This document shows, piece after piece, positions 61,596 through 64,000 of a DNA stretch of 64,000 bases. The stretch is taken from the NCBI GenBank assembly GCA_963845565.1, contig CAWJSJ010000002.1, positions 256,001 through 320,000 on the forward strand. Reading direction: 5' to 3'. A model generated the notes under the pieces. The model was given only the letters and a program-made list of their open reading frames with translations. It ran no database searches and was not told the DNA's origin. Source of the stretch: an uncultured Methylomirabilota bacterium. Lineage in GTDB: Bacteria > Methylomirabilota > Methylomirabilia > Methylomirabilales > 2-02-FULL-66-22. Within the stretch, counting starts at the first letter, position 1. Each line of letters begins with the position of its first letter. Both the position numbers and the translations under genes were made by a program.

Positions 61596-62218
61596 TTCTT
61601 GTGGTCCATCGACATTTTCTTGCGGCGCTCCTCGCGCATCTTGCGGATCATGGTTACGTCCTGTGCCATGTCCGCATGGGCGGCCAGCAGAGCCTGGTCG
61701 AACTTCATCAGCTCGCCGCCGTGGGCGGCCTGGGCCGCCTTGGCCGCGGCCTCCGAGCCGTAGGCAACCTTGCTGCGCTTGGTCATCACCCCCGGCAGAG
61801 AGCTCCCCACCAAGAAGGTGGCCTGGGCGACCTCGATCAGGGCCTTCTGGTCGCCCTGAGTCGCAAAGTCGGCGACGTAGATCGCCTTGGGTCCGCGATC
61901 GACGTTCAGGGACAGGCTGATGGCCGCGCAGTGGAGCGAGCACGTGCCGTCGGGCAGGTCGTCGCTGTAGTGCACCAGCATCCGCGAATGGTGGAACTGG
62001 CCGCGGCTCATCCCGCAGTAGGGGCACGCCGGGTACTTGGCAATGTCGTTCTGCATCGGCGTCGGATCGGCCGGCTTCTTGGGGACGAACTGCATCGGCG
62101 TCCCGTCGGCGGGGCAGGTCGCCGGCTGGGCGTGCCCCCCATGCTGGGCGTGCGACGCCGTGGCGGCCAACACGCCGGCTCCTGCCAGGGCCAATCTCAG
62201 AATGTCTCGTCGCTGCAT
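61592..62218 (-). CDS. NosL family protein with Tat signal
   Basis: MQRRDIL signal; CPYCGM, CSLHC and GSSLPGVM; Met-rich tail. Confidence 0.85.
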   Translation of the reverse strand: MQRRDILRLALAGAGVLAATASHAQHGGHAQPATCPADGTPMQFVPKKPADPTPMQNDIAKYPACPYCGMSRGQFHHSRMLVHYSDDLPDGTCSLHCAAISLSLNVDRGPKAIYVADFATQGDQKALIEVAQATFLVGSSLPGVMTKRSKVAYGSEAAAKAAQAAHGGELMKFDQALLAAHADMAQDVTMIRKMREERRKKMSMDHKK

Positions 62219-62274
62219 GGTTTACGCTCCTTCCGTGTGTGTTGATGGCCGTCGGCCCCTCGGTTCCTCCCTCA

Positions 62275-64000
62275 TCAAGGGCTCGGTCCGATCTGTCTTT
62301 TCACCTCGCGCCATTTCCAGACCTGGTAGATCGGCGGGTAGACCACCAGCTCCAGCACGAACGACGTGAAGATGCCGCCGATCATCGGCGCGGCGATCCG
62401 CTTCATCACGTCGGCGCCGGCCCCGATGGACCACATGATCGGGACCAGCCCCAGGAACATCGTGGCCACCGTCATGAACTTGGGCCGGAGCCGCTTGACC
62501 GCGCCGTCCAGGATCGCCGTCCTGCAGGTCGGCCAGGCTGCGCAGGCGCCCCTCCCGCTTCGCCTGCTCGTACGCCAGGTCCAGGTAGAGCAGCATGAAG
62601 ACGCCGGTCTCGGCGTCCACGCCCAGCAGCGCGATCAGGCCCACCCAGACGCCGATGCTCATGTTGTAGCCGAGCAGGTACAGGAACCAGATCGCGCCGA
62701 CCGCGGAGAACGGCACGGCCAGCACGATGATGCAGGTCTTCGTCACCGACCGCGTGTTCAGGTAGAGCAGGAGGAAGATGAGGAACAGCGTCAGGGGAAT
62801 CACCACCTCCAGCCGTGCCTTGACCCGCTGCATGGCCTCGTACTGGCCGCTCCAGGCGACGGCGTAGCCCGGCGGGAGCTTCACCTTGTCCCGCAGCAGG
62901 CGCTCGGCCTCCTCGACGTAGCTGCCCGGATCGCGGCCGGCCACGTCCACGTACACGTAGCCGGTGAGCAGCCCGTCCTCGTTGCGGATCATGGACGGCC
63001 CGCTGGCCACCTTGATGGTGGCGAGTTGGGACAGCGGGATCTGCCGCTGCCCGCCCGAGGCGGGCACCAGGACGCGGCCCAACGCGCCGAGGTCGCTGCG
63101 GAAGTCGCGCATGTAGCGGACGTTGACCGGGTAGCGCTCGCGGCCCTCGATCGTGGTGGTCACGTTCTCGCCGCCGATGGCGTTGGCGACCACCGCCTGG
63201 GCCTCGTCGATGCTCAGGCCGTAGCGGGCCAGCTCCTCGCGGTTCCACTCGAAGTCCAGGAAGTAGCCGCCGCCGGTCCGCTCGGCGAAGACGCTGCGGG
63301 TGCCCGGCACCTGCGGCAGGAGCGCCTCGATCTGGGCGCCGATCTCCTCGATGGCCTTCAGGTCGGCGCCGGAGATCTTGAGGCCCACCGGCGTCCGGAC
63401 TCCCGTGGTCAGCATGTCGATGCGGCCCTTGATCGGCATGGTCCAGGCGTTGGAGACGCCGGGGATCTGCAGCGCCTCGTTCATCCGGCTCGACCAGCTG
63501 CTCGGTGGGAGATGTGGTCCGGCGTGATGTGCCGGAAGACCGCCTTGGCCCACTCCGGCGCCCACGCCGAGTACCAGGTGTCGACCTTGCGCCACTCGGA
63601 CTTGGGCTTGAGGATGATGACCGTCTCCAGCATGGAGAGCGGCGCGGGATCGGTGGACGTCTCGGCCCGGCCCGCCTTGCCCAGGACCCGGTCCACCTCG
63701 GGGAACTGCTTGATGATCCGGTCGGTGACCTGGAGCAGCTTCTGCGCCTCGGCGATGGAGATGCCCGGCATGGTGGAGGGCATGTAGAGCAGCGCGCCCT
63801 CGTCCAGCGGCGGCATGAACTCGGAGCCGAGCCGCTGGTAGACCGGAATCGTGACCAGGACCAGGGCGCAGCGCCCGCCGATCACCACCCACTTCCAGCG
63901 GAGCGCCCATGCGCCACGGGCTCGTACAGCCGGATCAGGACGCGGCTGACGGGATGCCGCTCTTCGGAGTGGATCGTCCCCACCAGCACGGCGTTGGCGG
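62275..64000 (-). CDS. cusA: CusA/CzcA heavy-metal efflux RND transporter, 5'-partial, frameshifted near 62517 and 63505
   Basis: GSEFMPPLDEG, TMPIKGRIDML, GVDAETGV and MKRIAAPMIGG motifs. Confidence 0.9.

Overview
GC-rich bacterial window, mostly anaerobic/redox metabolism, with several accessory patches. In order: a partial YedF/DsrE-like gene; a peptide ABC importer with an M19 dipeptidase; a patch of gene remnants (toxin-antitoxin and adenosine deaminase fragments); dCMP deaminase, bacterioferritin, a PAS protein, a DegT aminotransferase and an SDR; an acyl-CoA dehydrogenase/ETF-QO/EtfB/EtfA operon; PilZ, GDSL esterase, ABC-F, glucan phosphorylase, Met gamma-lyase-like and DegQ genes; a heavily frameshifted GH63 glucosidase; a 4.5 kb segment bounded by a 25-bp direct repeat; a tungsten AOR operon (aorABC, MoaD, small ORF); a degenerate CtaA; VIT1; a complex I-like group 4 [NiFe]-hydrogenase operon with a Rex-like box; and a CusA/NosL/ABC copper-handling cluster. 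The best candidate for an undescribed system is a plus-strand cassette at about 43.5-46.7 kb, set between degenerate direct repeats. It encodes a radical SAM-PDZ-DUF512-like (probably B12-dependent) enzyme, a possible 17-aa Cys/Trp peptide, a small twin-arginine-signal protein followed by a strong hairpin, and a small protein resembling the enzyme's N-terminal repeats. Several MITE-like families sit at gene ends. No rRNA, tRNA or CRISPR array was seen. All family assignments come from motif recognition by eye; no database searches were run.
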